Origin: the human T2T-CHM13v2.0 reference genome, Homo sapiens
NCBI RefSeq assembly: GCF_009914755.1
Contig: NC_060932.1
Direction: 5' to 3' (one strand)
DNA: 64,000 bases
This document shows positions 10,760 to 25,700 of the stretch, in pieces. The notes under the pieces were generated by a model. That model was not told the origin of the DNA. It did no database searches and saw nothing but the letters and a program-made list of their open reading frames with translations. Each line of letters begins with the position of its first letter. Positions within the stretch are counted from its first letter, which is position 1. Made by a program: the position numbers and the translations under genes.

Positions 10760-13700
10760 TAATCTCAGAAACATGTTTATGCTGTATCTACTCAACTAAC
10801 TGTGCTGAACATTTCTATTGATAGAGCAGTTTTGAGACACTCTTCTTTTGGAATCTGCAAGTGGATATTTGGATAGATTTGAGGATTTCGTTGGAAACGG
10901 GATGATATATAAAAAGTAGACAGCAGCATTCTCAGAAACTTCTTTGTGATGTTTGCATCCAGCTCTCAGAGTTGAACATTCCCTTTCATAGAGTAGGTTT
11001 GAAACCCTCTTTTTATAGTGTCTGGAAGCGGGCATTTGGAGCGCTTTCAGGCCTATGCTGAAAAAGGAAATATCTACCTATAGAAACTAGACAGAAGCAT
11101 TCTGAGAATCACGTTTGTGATGTGGGTACTCAACTAACAGTGTTGATCCATTCTTTTGATACAGCAGTTTTGAACCACACTTTTTGTAGAATCTGCAAGT
11201 GGATATTTGGATAGCTGTGAGGATTTCGTTGGAAACGGGAATGTCTTCATAGAAAATTTAGACAGAAGCATTCTCAGAACCTTGATTGTGATGTGTGTTC
11301 TCCACTAACAGAGTTGAACCTTTCTTTTGACAGAACTGTTCTGAAACATTCTTTTTATAGAATCTGGAAGTGGATATTTGGAAAGCTTTGAGGATTTCGT
11401 TGGAAACGGGAATATCTTCAAATCAAATCTAGCCAGAAGCATTCTAAGAAACATCTTAGGGATGTTTACATTCAAGTCACAGAGTTGAACATTCCCTTTC
11501 ACAGAGCAGGTTTGAAACAATCTTCTCGTACTATCTGGCAGTGGACATTTTGAGCTCCTTGGGGCCTATGCTGAAAAAGGAAATATCTTCCGACAAAAAC
11601 TAGACAGAAGCATTCGCAGAATCACGTTTGTGATGTGTGCACTCAACTGTCAGAATTGAACCTTGGTTTGGACAGAGCACTTTTGAAACACTCTTTTTGT
11701 AGAATCTGCAGGTGGATATTTGGCTAGCTTTGAGGATTTCATTGGAAACGGTAATGTCTTCAAAGAAAATCTAGACAGAAGCATTCTCAGAAACACCTTC
11801 GTGATGTTTGCAATCAAGTCACAGAGTTGAACCTTCCGTTTCATAGAGCAGGTTGGAAACACTCTTTTTGTAGTATCTGGAAGTGGACATTTGGAGGGCT
11901 TTGTAGCCTATCTGGAAAAAGGAAATATCTTCCCATGAATGCGAGATAGAAGTAATCTCAGAAACATGTTTATGCTGTATCTACTCAACTAACTGTGCTG
12001 AACATTTCTATTGATAGAGCAGTTTTGAGACACTCTTCTTTTGGAATCTGCAAGTGGATATTTGGATAGATTTGAGGATTTCGTTGGAAACGGGATTATA
12101 TATAAAAAGTAGACAGCAGCATTCTCAGAAACTTCTTTGTGATGTTTGCATCCAGCTCTCAGAGTTGAACATTCCCTTTCATAGAGTAGGATTGAAACCC
12201 TCTTTTTATAGTGTCTGGAAGCGGGCATTTGGAGCGCTTTCAGGCCTATGCTTAAAATAGGAAATATCTACCTACAGAAACTAGACAGAAGCATTCTGAG
12301 AATCTCGTTTGTGATGTGGGTACTCAACTAACAGTGTTGATCCATTCTTTTGATACAGCAGTTTTGAACCACACTTTTTGTAGAATCTGCAAGAGGATAT
12401 TTGGATAGCTGTGAGGATTTCGTTGGAAACGGGAATGTCTTCAAAGAAAATCTAGACAGAATCATTCTGAGGAACACCTTCGTGATGTTTGCAATCAAGT
12501 CACAGAGTTGAACCTTCCGTTTCATAGAGCAGGTTGGAAACACTCTTATTGTAGTATCTGGAAGTGGACATTTGGAGCGCTTTCAGGCCTATGGTGAAAA
12601 AGGAAATATCTTCCCATAAAAACGACATAGAAGCTGTCTCAGGAACTTGTTTATGATGCATCTAATCAACTAACAGTGTTGAACCTTTGTACTGACAGAG
12701 CAGTTTGAAACACTCTTTTTTTGGAATCTGCAAGTGGATATTTGGATCGCTTTGAGGATTTCGTTGGAAACGGGATGCAATATAAAACGTACACAGCAGC
12801 ATACTCAGAAAATACTTTGCCATATTTCCATTCAAGTCACAGAGTGGAACATTCACATTCATAGAGCAGGTTTGAAACACTCTTTTTGGAGTATCTGGAA
12901 GTGGACATTTGGAGCGCTTTCTGAACTATGGTGAAAAAGGAAATATCTTCCAATGAAAACAAGACAGAAGCATTCTGAGAAACTTATTTGTGATGTGTGT
13001 CCTCAACAAACGGACTTGAACCTTTCGTTTCATGCAGTACTTCTGGAACACTCTTTTTGAAGATTCTGCATGCGGATATTTGGATAGCTTTGAGGATTTC
13101 GTTGGAAACGGGCTTACATGTAAAAATTAGACAGCAGCATTCTCAGAAACTTCTTTGTGGTGTCTGCATTCAAGTCACAGAATTGAACTTCCCCTCACAT
13201 AGAGCAGTTGTGCAGCACTCTATTTGTAGTATCTGGAAGTGGACATTTGGAGGGCTTTGTAGCCTATCTGGAAAAAGGAAATATCTTCCCATGAATGCGA
13301 GATAGAAGTAATCTCAGAAACATGTTTATGCTGTATCTACTCAACTAACTGTGCTGAACATTTCTATTGATAGAGCAGTTTTGAGACACTCTTCTTTTGG
13401 AATCTGCAAGTGGATATTTGGATAGATTTGAGGATTTCGTTGGAAACGGGATTATATATAAAAAGTAGACAGCAGCATTCTCAGAAACATCTTTGTGATG
13501 TTTGCATCCAGCTCTCAGAGTTGAACATTCCCTTTCATAGAGTAGGTTTGAAACCCTCTTTTTATAGTGTCTGGAAGCGGGCATTTGGAGCGCTTTCAGG
13601 CCTATGCTTAAAATAGGAAATATCTACCTACAGAAACTAGACAGAAGCATTCTGAGAATCACGTTTGTGATGTGGGTACTCAACTAACAGTGTTGATCCA

Positions 13701-16700
13701 TTCTTTTGATACAGCAGTTTTGAACCACACTTTTTGTAGAATCTGCAAGAGGATATTTGGATAGCTGTGAGGATTTCGTTGGAAACGGGAATGTCTTCAA
13801 AGAAAATCTAGACAGAAGCATTCTCAGAAACACCTTCGTGATGTTTGCAATCAAGTCACAGAGTTGAACCTTCCGTTTCATAGAGCAGGTTGGAAACACT
13901 CTTATTGTAGTATCTGGAAGTGGACATTTGGAGCGCTTTCAGGCCTATGGTGAAAAAGGAAATATCTTCCCATAAAAACGACATAGAAGCTATCTCAGGA
14001 ACTTGTTTATGATGCATCTAATCAACTAACAGTGTTGAACCTTTGTACTGACAGAGCAGTTTGAAACACTCTTTTTTTGGAATCTGCAAGTGGATATTTG
14101 GATCACTTTGAGGATTTCGTTGGAAACGGGATGCAATATAAAACGTACACAGCAGCATACTCAGAAAATACTTTGCCATGTTTCCATTCAAGTCACAGAG
14201 TGGAACATTCCCATTCATAGAGCAGGTTGGAAACACTCTTTTTGGAGTATCTGGAAGTGGACATTTGGAGCGCTTTCTGAACTATGGTGAAAAAGGAAAT
14301 ATCTTCCAATGAAAACAAGACAGAAGCATTCTGAGAAACTTATTTGTGATGTGTGTCCTCAACAAACGGACTTGAACCTTTCGTTTCATGCAGTACTTCT
14401 GGAACACTCTTTTTGAAGATTCTGCATGCGGATATTTGGATAGCTTTGGGGGATTTCGTTGGAAACGGCCTTACATGTAAAAATTAGACAGCAGCATTCT
14501 CAGAAACTTCTTTGTGGTGTCTGCATTCAAGTCACAGAATTGAACTTCCCCTCACATAGAGCAGTTGTGCAGCACTCTATTTGTAGTATCTGGAAGTGGA
14601 CATTTGGAGGGCTTTGTAGCCTATCTGGAAAAAGGAAATATCTTCCCATGAATGCGAGATAGAAGTAATCTCAGAAACGTGTTTATGCTGTATCTACTCA
14701 ACTAACTGTGCTGAACATTTCTATTGATAGAGCAGTTTTGAGACACTCTTCTTTTGGAATCTGCAAGTGGATATTTGGATAGATTTGAGGATTTCGTTGG
14801 AAACGGGATTATATATAAAAAGTAGACAGCAGCATTCTCAGAAACTTCTTTGTGATGTTTGCATCCAGCTCTCAGAGTTGAACATTCCCTTTCATAGAGT
14901 AGGTTTGAAACCCTCTTTTTATAGTGTCTGGAAGCGGGCATTTGGAGCGCTTTCAGGCCTATGCTTAAAATAGGAAATATCTACCTACAGAAACTAGACA
15001 GAAGCATTCTGAGAATCACGTTTGTGATGTGGGTACTCAACTAACAGTGTTGATCCATTCTTTTGATACAGCAGTTTTGAACCACACTTTTTGTAGAATC
15101 TGCAAGAGGATATTTGGATAGCTGTGAGGATTTCGTTGGAAACGGGAATGTCTTCAAAGAAAATCTAGACAGAAGCATTCTCAGAAACACCTTCGTGATG
15201 TTTGCAATCAAGTCACAGAGTTGAACCTTCCGTTTCATAGAGCAGGTTGGAAACACTCTTATTGTAGTATCTGGAAGTGGACATTTGGAGCGCTTTCAGG
15301 CCTATGGTGAAAAAGGAAATATCTTCCCATAAAAACGACATAGAAGCTATCTCAGGAACTTGTTTATGATGCATCTAATCAACTAACAGTGTTGAACCTT
15401 TTTACTGACAGAGCACTTTGAAACACTCTTTTTTTGGAATCTGCAAGTGGATATTTGGATCGCTTTGAGGATTTCGTTGGAAACGGGATGCAATATAAAA
15501 CGTACACAGCAGCATACTCAGAAAATACTTTGCCATATTTCCATTCAAGTCACAGAGTGGAACATTCCCATTCATAGAGCAGGTTGGAAACACTCTTTTT
15601 GGAGTATCTGGAAGTGGACATTTGGAGCGCTTTCTGAACTATGGTGAAAAAGGAAATATCTTCCAATGAAAACAAGACAGAAGCATTCTGAGAAACTTAT
15701 TTGTGATGTGTGTCCTCAACAAACGGACTTGAACCTTTCGTTTCATGCAGTACTTCTGGAACACTCTTTTTGAAGATTCTGCATGCGGATATTTGGATAG
15801 CTTTGAGGATTTCGTTGGAAACGGGCTTACATGTAAAAATTAGACAGCAGCATTCTCAGAAACTTCTTTGTGGTGTCTGCATTCAAGTCACAGAATTGAA
15901 CTTCCCCTCACATAGAGCAGTTGTGCAGCACTCTATTTGTAGTATCTGGAAGTGGACATTTGGAGGGCTTTGTAGCCTATCTGGAAAAAGGAAATATCTT
16001 CCCATGAATGCGAGATAGAAGTAATCTCAGAAACATGTTTATGCTGTATCTACTCAACTAACTGTGCTGAACATTTCTATTGATAGAGCAGTTTTGAGAC
16101 CCTCTTCTTTTGGAATCTGCAAGTGGATATTTGGATAGATTTGAGGATTTCGTTGGAAACGGGATTATATATAAAAAGTAGACAGCAGCATTCTCAGAAA
16201 CTTCTTTGTGATGTTTGCATCCAGCTCTCAGAGTTGAACATTCCCTTTCATAGAGTAGGTTTGAAACCCTCTTTTTATAGTGTCTGGAAGCGGGCATTTG
16301 GAGCGCTTTCAGGCCTATGCTGAAAAAGGAGATATCTACCTATAGAAACTAGACAGAAGCATTCTGAGAATCACGTTTGTGATGTGGGTACTCAACTAAC
16401 AGTGTTGATCCATTCTTTTGATACAGCAGTTTTGAACCACACTTTTTGTAGAATCTGCAAGTGGATATTTGGATAGCTGTGAGGATTTCGTTGGAAACGG
16501 GAATGTCTTCATAGAAAATTTAGAGAGAAGCATTCTCAGAACCTTGATTGTGATGTGTGTTCTCCACTAACAGAGTTGAACCTTTCTTTTGACAGAACTG
16601 TTCTGAAACATTCTTTTTATAGAATCTGGAAGTGGATATTTGGAAAGCTTTGAGGATTTCGTTGGAAACGGGAATATCTTCAAATAAAATCTAGCCAGAA

Positions 16701-19700
16701 GCATTCTAAGAAACATCTTAGGGATGTTTACATTCAAGTCACAGAGTTGAACATTCCCTTTCACAGAGCAGGTTTGAAACAATCTTCTCGTACTATCTGG
16801 CAGTGGACATTTTGAGCTCTTTGGGGCCTATGCTGAAAAAGGAAATATCTTCCGACAAAAACTAGACAGAAGCATTCGCAGAATCACGTTTGTGATGTGT
16901 GCACTCAACTGTCAGAATTGAACCTTGGTTTGGAGAGAGCACTTTTGAAACACTCTTTTTGTAGAATCTGCAGGTGGATATTTGGCTAGCTTTGAGGATT
17001 TCGTTGGAAACGGTAATGTCTTCAAAGAAAATCTAGACAGAAGCATTCTCAGAAACACCTTCGTGATGTTTGCAATCAAGTCACAGAGTTGAACCTTCCG
17101 TTTCATAGAGCAGGTTGGAAACACACTTTTTGTAGTATCTGGAAGTGGACATTTGGAGGGCTTTGTAGCCTATCTGGAAAAAGGAAATATCTTCCCATGA
17201 ATGCGAGATAGAAGTAATCTCAGAAACATGTTTATGCTGTATCTACTCAACTAACTGTGCTGAACATTTCTATTGATAGAGCAGTTTTGAGACACTCTTC
17301 TTTTGGAATCTGCAAGTGGATATTTGGATAGATTTGAGGATTTCGTTGGAAACGGGATTATATATAAAAAGTAGACAGCAGCATTCTCAGAAACTTCTTT
17401 GTGATGTTTGCATCTAGCTCCCAGAGTTGAACATTCCCTTTCATAGAGTAGTTTTGAAACCCTCTTTTTATAGTGTCTGGAAGCGGGCATTTGGAGCGCT
17501 TTCAGGCCTATGCTGAAAAAGGAAATATCTACCTATAGAAACTAGACAGAAGCATTCTGAGAATCACGTTTGTGATGTGGGTACTCAACTAACAGTGTTG
17601 ATCCATTCTTTTGATACAGCAGTTTTGAACCACACTTTTTGTAGAATCTGCAAGTGGATATTTGGATAGCTGTGAGGATTTCGTTGGAAACGGGAATGTC
17701 TTCATAGAAAATTTAGACAGAAGCATTCTCAGAACCTTGATTGTGATGTGTGTTCTCCACTAACAGAGTTGAACCTTTCTTTTGACAGAACTGTTCTGAA
17801 ACATTCTTTTTATAGAATCTGGAAGTGGATATTTGGAAAGCTTTGAGGATTTCGTTGGAAACGGGAATATCTTCAAATCAAATCTAGCCAGAAGCATTCT
17901 AAGAAACATCTTAGGGATGTTTACATTCAAGTCACAGAGTTGAACATTCCCTTTCACAGAGCAGGTTTGAAACAATCTTCTCGTACTATCTGGCAGTGGA
18001 CATTTTGAGCTCCTTGGGGCCTATGCTGAAAAAGGAAATATCTTCCGACAAAAACTAGACAGAAGCATTCGCAGAATCACGTTTGTGATGTGTGCACTCA
18101 ACTGTCAGAATTGAACCTTGGTTTGGAGAGAGCACTTTTGAAACACTCTTTTTGTAGAATCTGCAGGTGGATATTTGGCTAGCTTTGAGGATTTCGTTGG
18201 AAACGGTAATGTCTTCAAAGAAAATCTAGACAGAAGCATTCTCAGAAACACCTTCGTGATGTTTGCAATCAAGTCACAGAGTTGAACCTTCCGTTTCATA
18301 GAGCAGGTTGGAAACACTCTTTTTGTAGTATCTGGAAGTGGACATTTGGAGGGCTTTGTAGCCTATCTGGAAAAAGGAAATATCTTCCCATGAATGCGAG
18401 ATAGAAGTAATCTCAGAAACATGTTTATGCTGTATCTACTCAACTAACTGTGCTGAACATTTCTATTGATAGAGCAGTTTTGAGACACTCTTCTTTTGGA
18501 ATCTGCAAGTGGATATTTGGATAGATTTGAGGATTTCGTTGGAAACGGGATTATATATAAAAAGTAGACAGCAGCATTCTCAGAAACTTCTTTGTGATGT
18601 TTGCATCCAGCTCTCAGAGTTGAACATTCCCTTTCATAGAGTAGGTTTGAAACCCTCTTTTTATAGTGTCTGGAAGCGGGCATTTGGAGCGCTTTCAGGC
18701 CTATGCTTAAAATAGGAAATATCTACCTACAGAAACTAGACAGAAGCATTCTGAGAATCACGTTTGTGATGTGGGTACTCAACTAACAGTGTTGATCCAT
18801 TCTTTTGATACAGCAGTTTTGAACCACACTTTTTGTAGAATCTGCAAGAGGATATTTGGATAGCTGTGAGGATTTCGTTGGAAACGGGAATGTCTTCAAA
18901 GAAAATCTAGACAGAAGCATTCTCAGAAACACCTTCGTGATGTTTGCAATCAAGTCACAGAGTTGAACCTTCCGTTTCATAGAGCAGGTTGGAAACACTC
19001 TTATTGTAGTATCTGGAAGTGGACATTTGGAGCGCTTTCAGGCCTATGGTGAAAAAGGAAATATCTTCCCATCAAAACGACATAGAAGCTATCTCAGGAA
19101 CTTGTTTATGATGCATCTAATCAACTAACAGTGTTGAACCTTTGTACTGACAGAGCACTTTGAAACACTCTTTTTTTGGAATCTGCAAGTGGATATTTGG
19201 ATCGCTTTGAGGATTTCGTTGGAAACGGGATGCAATATAAAACGTACACAGCAGCATACTCAGAAAATACTTTGCCATATTTCCATTCAAGTCACAGAGT
19301 GGAACATTCCCATTCATAGAGCAGGTTGGAAACACTCTTTTTGGAGTATCTGGAAGTGGACATTTGGAGCGCTTTCTGAACTATGGTGAAAAAGGAAATA
19401 TCTTCCAATGAAAACAAGACAGAAGCATTCTGAGAAACTTATTTGTGATGTGTGTCCTCAACAAACGGACTTGAACCTTTCGTTTCATGCAGTACTTCTG
19501 GAACACTCTTTTTGAAGATTCTGCATGCGGATATTTGGATAGCTTTGAGGATTTCGTTGGAAACGGGCTTACATGTAAAAATTAGACAGCAGCATTCTCA
19601 GAAACTTCTTTGTGGTGTCTGCATTCAAGTCACAGAATTGAACTTCCCCTCACATAGAGCAGTTGTGCAGCACTCTATTTGTAGTATCTGGAAGTGGACA

Positions 19701-22700
19701 TTTGGAGGGCTTTGTAGCCTATCTGGAAAAAGGAAATATCTTCCCATGAATGCGAGATAGAAGTAATCTCAGAAACATGTTTATGCTGTATCTACTCAAC
19801 TAACTGTGCTGAACATTTCTATTGATAGAGCAGTTTTGAGACACTCTTCTTTTGGAATCTGCAAGTGGATATTTGGATAGATTTGAGGATTTCGTTGGAA
19901 ACGGGATTATATATAAAAAGTAGACAGGAGCATTCTCAGAAACTTCTTTGTGATGTTTGCATCCAGCTCTCAGAGTTGAACATTCCCTTTCATAGAGTAG
20001 GTTTGAAACCCTCTTTTTATAGTGTCTGGAAGCGGGCATTTGGAGCGCTTTCAGGCCTATGCTTAAAATAGGAAATATCTACCTATAGAAACTAGACAGA
20101 AGCATTCTGAGAATCACGTTTGTGATGTGGGTACTCAACTAACAGTGTTGATCCATTCTTTTGATACAGCAGTTTTGAACCACACTTTTTGTAGAATCTG
20201 CAAGAGGATATTTGGATAGCTGTGAGGATTTCGTTGGAAACGGGAATGTCTTCAAAGAAAATCTAGACAGAAGCATTCTCAGAAACACCTTCGTGATGTT
20301 TGCAATCAAGTCACAGAGTTGAACCTTCCGTTTCATAGAGCAGGTTGGAAACACTCTTATTGTAGTATCTGGAAGGGGACATTTGGAGCGCTTTCAGGCC
20401 TATGGTGAAAAAGGAAATATCTTCCCATAAAAACGACATAGAAGCTGTCTCAGGAACTTGTTTATGATGCATCTAATCAACTAACAGTGTTGAACCTTTG
20501 TACTGACAGAGCAGTTTGAAACACTCTTTTTTTGGAATCTGCAAGTGGATATTTGGATCGCTTTGAGGATTTCGTTGGAAACGGGATGCAATATAAAACG
20601 TACACAGCAGCATACTCAGAAAATACTTTGCCATATTTCCATTCAAGTCACAGAGTGGAACATTCCCATTCATAGAGCAGGTTTGAAACACTCTTTTTGG
20701 AGTATCTGGAAGTGGACATTTGGAGCGCTTTCTGAACTATGGTGAAAAAGGAAATATCTTCCAATGAAAACAAGACAGAAGCATTCTGAGAAACTTATTT
20801 GTGATGTGTGTCCTCAACAAACGGACTTGAACCTTTCGTTTCATGCAGTACTTCTGGAACACTCTTTTTGAAGATTCTGCATGCGGATATTTGGATAGCT
20901 TTGAGGATTTCGTTGGAAACGGGCTTACATGTAAAAATTAGACAGCAGCATTCTCAGAAACTTCTTTGTGGTGTCTGCATTCAAGTCACAGAATTGAACT
21001 TCCCCTCACATAGAGCAGTTGTGCAGCACTCTATTTGTAGTATCTGGAAGTGGACATTTGGAGGGCTTTGTAGCCTATCTGGAAAAAGGAAATATCTTCC
21101 CATGAATGCGAGATAGAAGTAATCTGAGAAACATGTTTATGCTGTATCTACTCAACTAACTGTGCTGAACATTTCTATTGATAGAGCAGTTTTGAGACCC
21201 TCTTCTTTTGGAATCTGCAAGTGGATATTTGGATAGATTTGAGGATTTCGTTGGAAACGGGATTATATATAAAAAGTAGACAGCAGCATTCTCAGAAACT
21301 TCTTTGTGATGTTTGCATCCAGCTCTCAGAGTTGAACATTCCCTTTCATAGAGTAGGTTTGAAACCCTCTTTTTATAGTGTCTGGAAGCGGGCATTTGGA
21401 GCGCTTTCAGGCCTATGCTTAAAATAGGAAATATCTACCTACAGAAACTAGACAGAAGCATTCTGAGAATCACGTTTGTGATGTGGGTACTCAACTAACA
21501 GTGTTGATCCATTCTTTTGATACAGCAGTTTTGAACCACACTTTTTGTAGAATCTGCAAGAGGATATTTGGATAGCTGTGAGGATTTCGTTGGAAACGGG
21601 AATGTCTTCAAAGAAAATCTAGACAGAAGCATTCTCAGAAACACCTTCGTGATGTTTGCAATCAAGTCACAGAGTTGAACCTTCCGTTTCATAGAGCAGG
21701 TTGGAAACACTCTTATTGTAGTATCTGGAAGTGGACATTTGGAGCGCTTTCAGGCCTATGGTGAAAAAGGAAATATCTTCCCATAAAAACGACATAGAAG
21801 CTATCTCAGGAACTTGTTTATGATGCATCTAATCAACTAACAGTGTTGAACCTTTGTACTGACAGAGCACTTTGAAACACTCTTTTTTTGGAATCTGCAA
21901 GTGGATATTTGGATCGCTTTGAGGATTTCGTTGGAAACGGGATGCAATATAAAACGTACACAGCAGCATACTCAGAAAATACTTTGCCATATTTCCATTC
22001 AAGTCACAGAGTGGAACATTCCCATTCATAGAGCAGGTTGGAAACACTCTTTTTGGAGTATCTGGAAGTGGACATTTGGAGCGCTTTCTGAACTATGGTG
22101 AAAAAGGAAATATCTTCCAATGAAAACAAGACAGAAGCATTCTGAGAAACTTATTTGTGATGTGTGTCCTCAACAAACGGACTTGAACCTTTCGTTTCAT
22201 GCAGTACTTCTGGAACACTCTTTTTGAAGATTCTGCATGCGGATATTTGGATAGCTTTGAGGATTTCGTTGGAAACGGGCTTACATGTAAAAATTAGACA
22301 GCAGCATTCTCAGAAACTTCTTTGTGGTGTCTGCATTCAAGTCACAGAATTGAACTTCCCCTCACATAGAGCAGTTGTGCAGCACTCTATTTGTAGTATC
22401 TGGAAGTGGACATTTGGAGGGCTTTGTAGCCTATCTGGAAAAAGGAAATATCTTCCCATGAATGCGAGATAGAAGTAATCTCAGAAACATGTTTATGCTG
22501 TATCTACTCAACTAACTGTGCTGAACATTTCTATTGATAGAGCAGTTTTGAGACCCTCTTCTTTTGGAATCTGCAAGTGGATATTTGGATAGATTTGAGG
22601 ATTTCGTTGGAAACGGGATTATATATCAAAAGTAGACAGCAGCATTCTCAGAAACTTCTTTGTGATGTTTGCATCCAGCTCTCAGAGTTGAACATTCCCT

Positions 22701-25700
22701 TTCATAGAGTAGGTTTGAAACCCTCTTTTTATAGTGTCTGGAAGCGGGCATTTGGAGCGCTTTCAGGCCTATGCTGAAAAAGGAGATATCTACCTATAGA
22801 AACTAGACAGAAGCATTCTGAGAATCACGTTTGTGATGTGGGTACTCAACTAACAGTGTTGATCCATTCTTTTGATACAGCAGTTTTGAACCACACTTTT
22901 TGTAGAATCTGCAAGTGGATATTTGGATAGCTGTGAGGATTTCGTTGGAAACGGGAATGTCTTCATAGAAAATTTAGAGAGAAGCATTCTCAGAACCTTG
23001 ATTGTGATGTGTGTTCTCCACTAACAGAGTTGAACCTTTCTTTTGACAGAACTGTTCTGAAACATTCTTTTTATAGAATCTGGAAGTGGATATTTGGAAA
23101 GCTTTGAGGATTTCGTTGGAAACGGGAATATCTTCAAATAAAATCTAGCCAGAAGCATTCTAAGAAACATCTTAGGGATGTTTACATTCAAGTCACAGAG
23201 TTGAACATTCCCTTTCACAGAGCAGGTTTGAAACAATCTTCTCGTACTATCTGGCAGTGGACATTTTGAGCTCTTTGGGGCCTATGCTGAAAAAGGAAAT
23301 ATCTTCCGACAAAAACTAGACAGAAGCATTCGCAGAATCACGTTTGTGATGTGTGCACTCAACTGTCAGAATTGAACCTTGGTTTGGAGAGAGCACTTTT
23401 GAAACACTCTTTTTGTAGAATCTGCAGGTGGATATTTGGCTAGCTTTGAGGATTTCGTTGGAAACGGTAATGTCTTCAAAGAAAATCTAGACAGAAGCAT
23501 TCTCAGAAACACCTTCGTGATGTTTGCAATCAAGTCACAGAGTTGAACCTTCCGTTTCATAGAGCAGGTTGGAAACACACTTTTTGTAGTATCTGGAAGT
23601 GGACATTTGGAGGGCTTTGTAGCCTATCTGGAAAAAGGAAATATCTTCCCATGAATGCGAGATAGAAGTAATCTCAGAAACATGTTTATGCTGTATCTAC
23701 TCAACTAACTGTGCTGAACATTTCTATTGATAGAGCAGTTTTGAGACACTCTTCTTTTGGAATCTGCAAGTGGATATTTGGATAGATTTGAGGATTTCGT
23801 TGGAAACGGTATTATATATAAAAAGTAGACAGCAGCATTCTCAGAAACTTCTTTGTGATGTTTGCATCCAGCTCCCAGAGTTGAACATTCCCTTTCATAG
23901 AGTAGGTTTGAAACCCTCTTTTTATAGTGTCTGGAAGCGGGCATTTGGAGCGCTTTCAGGCCTATGCTGAAAAAGGAAATATCTACCTATAGAAACTAGA
24001 CAGAAGCATTCTGAGAATCACGTTTGTGATGTGGGTACTCAACTAACAGTGTTGATCCATTCTTTTGATACAGCAGTTTTGAACAACACTTTTTGTAGAA
24101 TCTGCAAGTGGATATTTGGATAGCTGTGAGGATTTCGTTGGAAACGGGAATGTCTTCATAGAAAATTTAGACAGAAGCATTCTCAGAACCTTGATTGTGA
24201 TGTGTGTTCTCCACTAACAGAGTTGAACCTTTCTTTTGACAGAACTGTTCTGAAACATTCTTTTTATAGAATCTGGAAGTGGATATTTGGAAAGCTTTGA
24301 GGATTTCGTTGGAAACGGGAATATCTTCAAATCAAATCTAGCCAGAAGCATTCTAAGAAACAGCTTAGGGATGTTTACATTCAAGTCACAGAGTTGAACA
24401 TTCCCTTTCACAGAGCAGGTTTGAAACAATCTTCTCGTACTATCTGGCAGTGGACATTTTGAGCTCTTTGGGGCCTATGCTGAAAAAGGAAATATCTTCC
24501 GACAAAAACTAGACAGAAGCATTCGCAGAATCACGTTTGTGATGTGTGCACTCAACTGTCAGAATTGAACCTTGGTTTGGAGAGAGCACTTTTGAAACAC
24601 TCTTTTTGTAGAATCTGCAGGTGGATATTTGGCTAGCTTTGAGGATTTCGTTGGAAACGGTAATGTCTTCAAAGAAAATCTAGACAGAAGCATTCTCAGA
24701 AACACCTTCGTGATGTTTGCAATCAAGTCACAGAGTTGAACCTTCCGTTTCATAGAGCAGGTTGGAAACACACTTTTTGTAGTATCTGGAAGTGGACATT
24801 TGGAGGGCTTTGTAGCCTATCTGGAAAAAGGAAATATCTTCCCATGAATGCGAGATAGAAGTAATCTCAGAAACATGTTTATGCTGTATCTACTCAACTA
24901 ACTGTGCTGAACATTTCTATTGATAGAGCAGTTTTGAGACACTCTTCTTTTGGAATCTGCAAGTGGATATTTGGATAGATTTGAGGATTTCGTTGGAAAC
25001 GGGATTATATATAAAAAGTAGACAGCAGCATTCTCAGAAACTTCTTTGTGATGTTTGCATCCAGCTCTCAGAGTTGAACATTCCCTTTCATAGAGTAGGT
25101 TTGAAACCCTCTTTTTATAGTGTCTGGAAGCGGGCATTTGGAGCGCTTTCAGGCCTATGCTTAAAATAGGAAATATCTACCTACAGAAACTAGACAGAAG
25201 CATTCTGAGAATCACGTTTGTGATGTGGGTACTCAACTAACAGTGTTGATCCATTCTTTTGATACAGCAGTTTTGAACCACACTTTTTGTAGAATCTGCA
25301 AGAGGATATTTGGATAGCTGTGAGGATTTCGTTGCAAACGGGAATGTCTTCAAAGAAAATCTAGACAGAAGCATTCTCAGAAACACCTTCGTGATGTTTG
25401 CAATCAAGTCACAGAGTTGAACCTTCCGTTTCATAGAGCAGGTTGGAAACACTCTTATTGTAGTATCTGGAAGTGGACATTTGGAGCGCTTTCAGGCCTA
25501 TGGTGAAAAAGGAAATATCTTCCCATAAAAACGACATAGAAGGTATCTCAGGAACTTGTTTATGATGCATCTAATCAACTAACAGTGTTGAACCTTTGTA
25601 CTGACAGAGCACTTTGAAACACTCTTTTTTTGGAATCTGCAAGTGGATATTTGGATCGCTTTGAGGATTTCGTTGGAAACGGGATGCAATATAAAACGTA

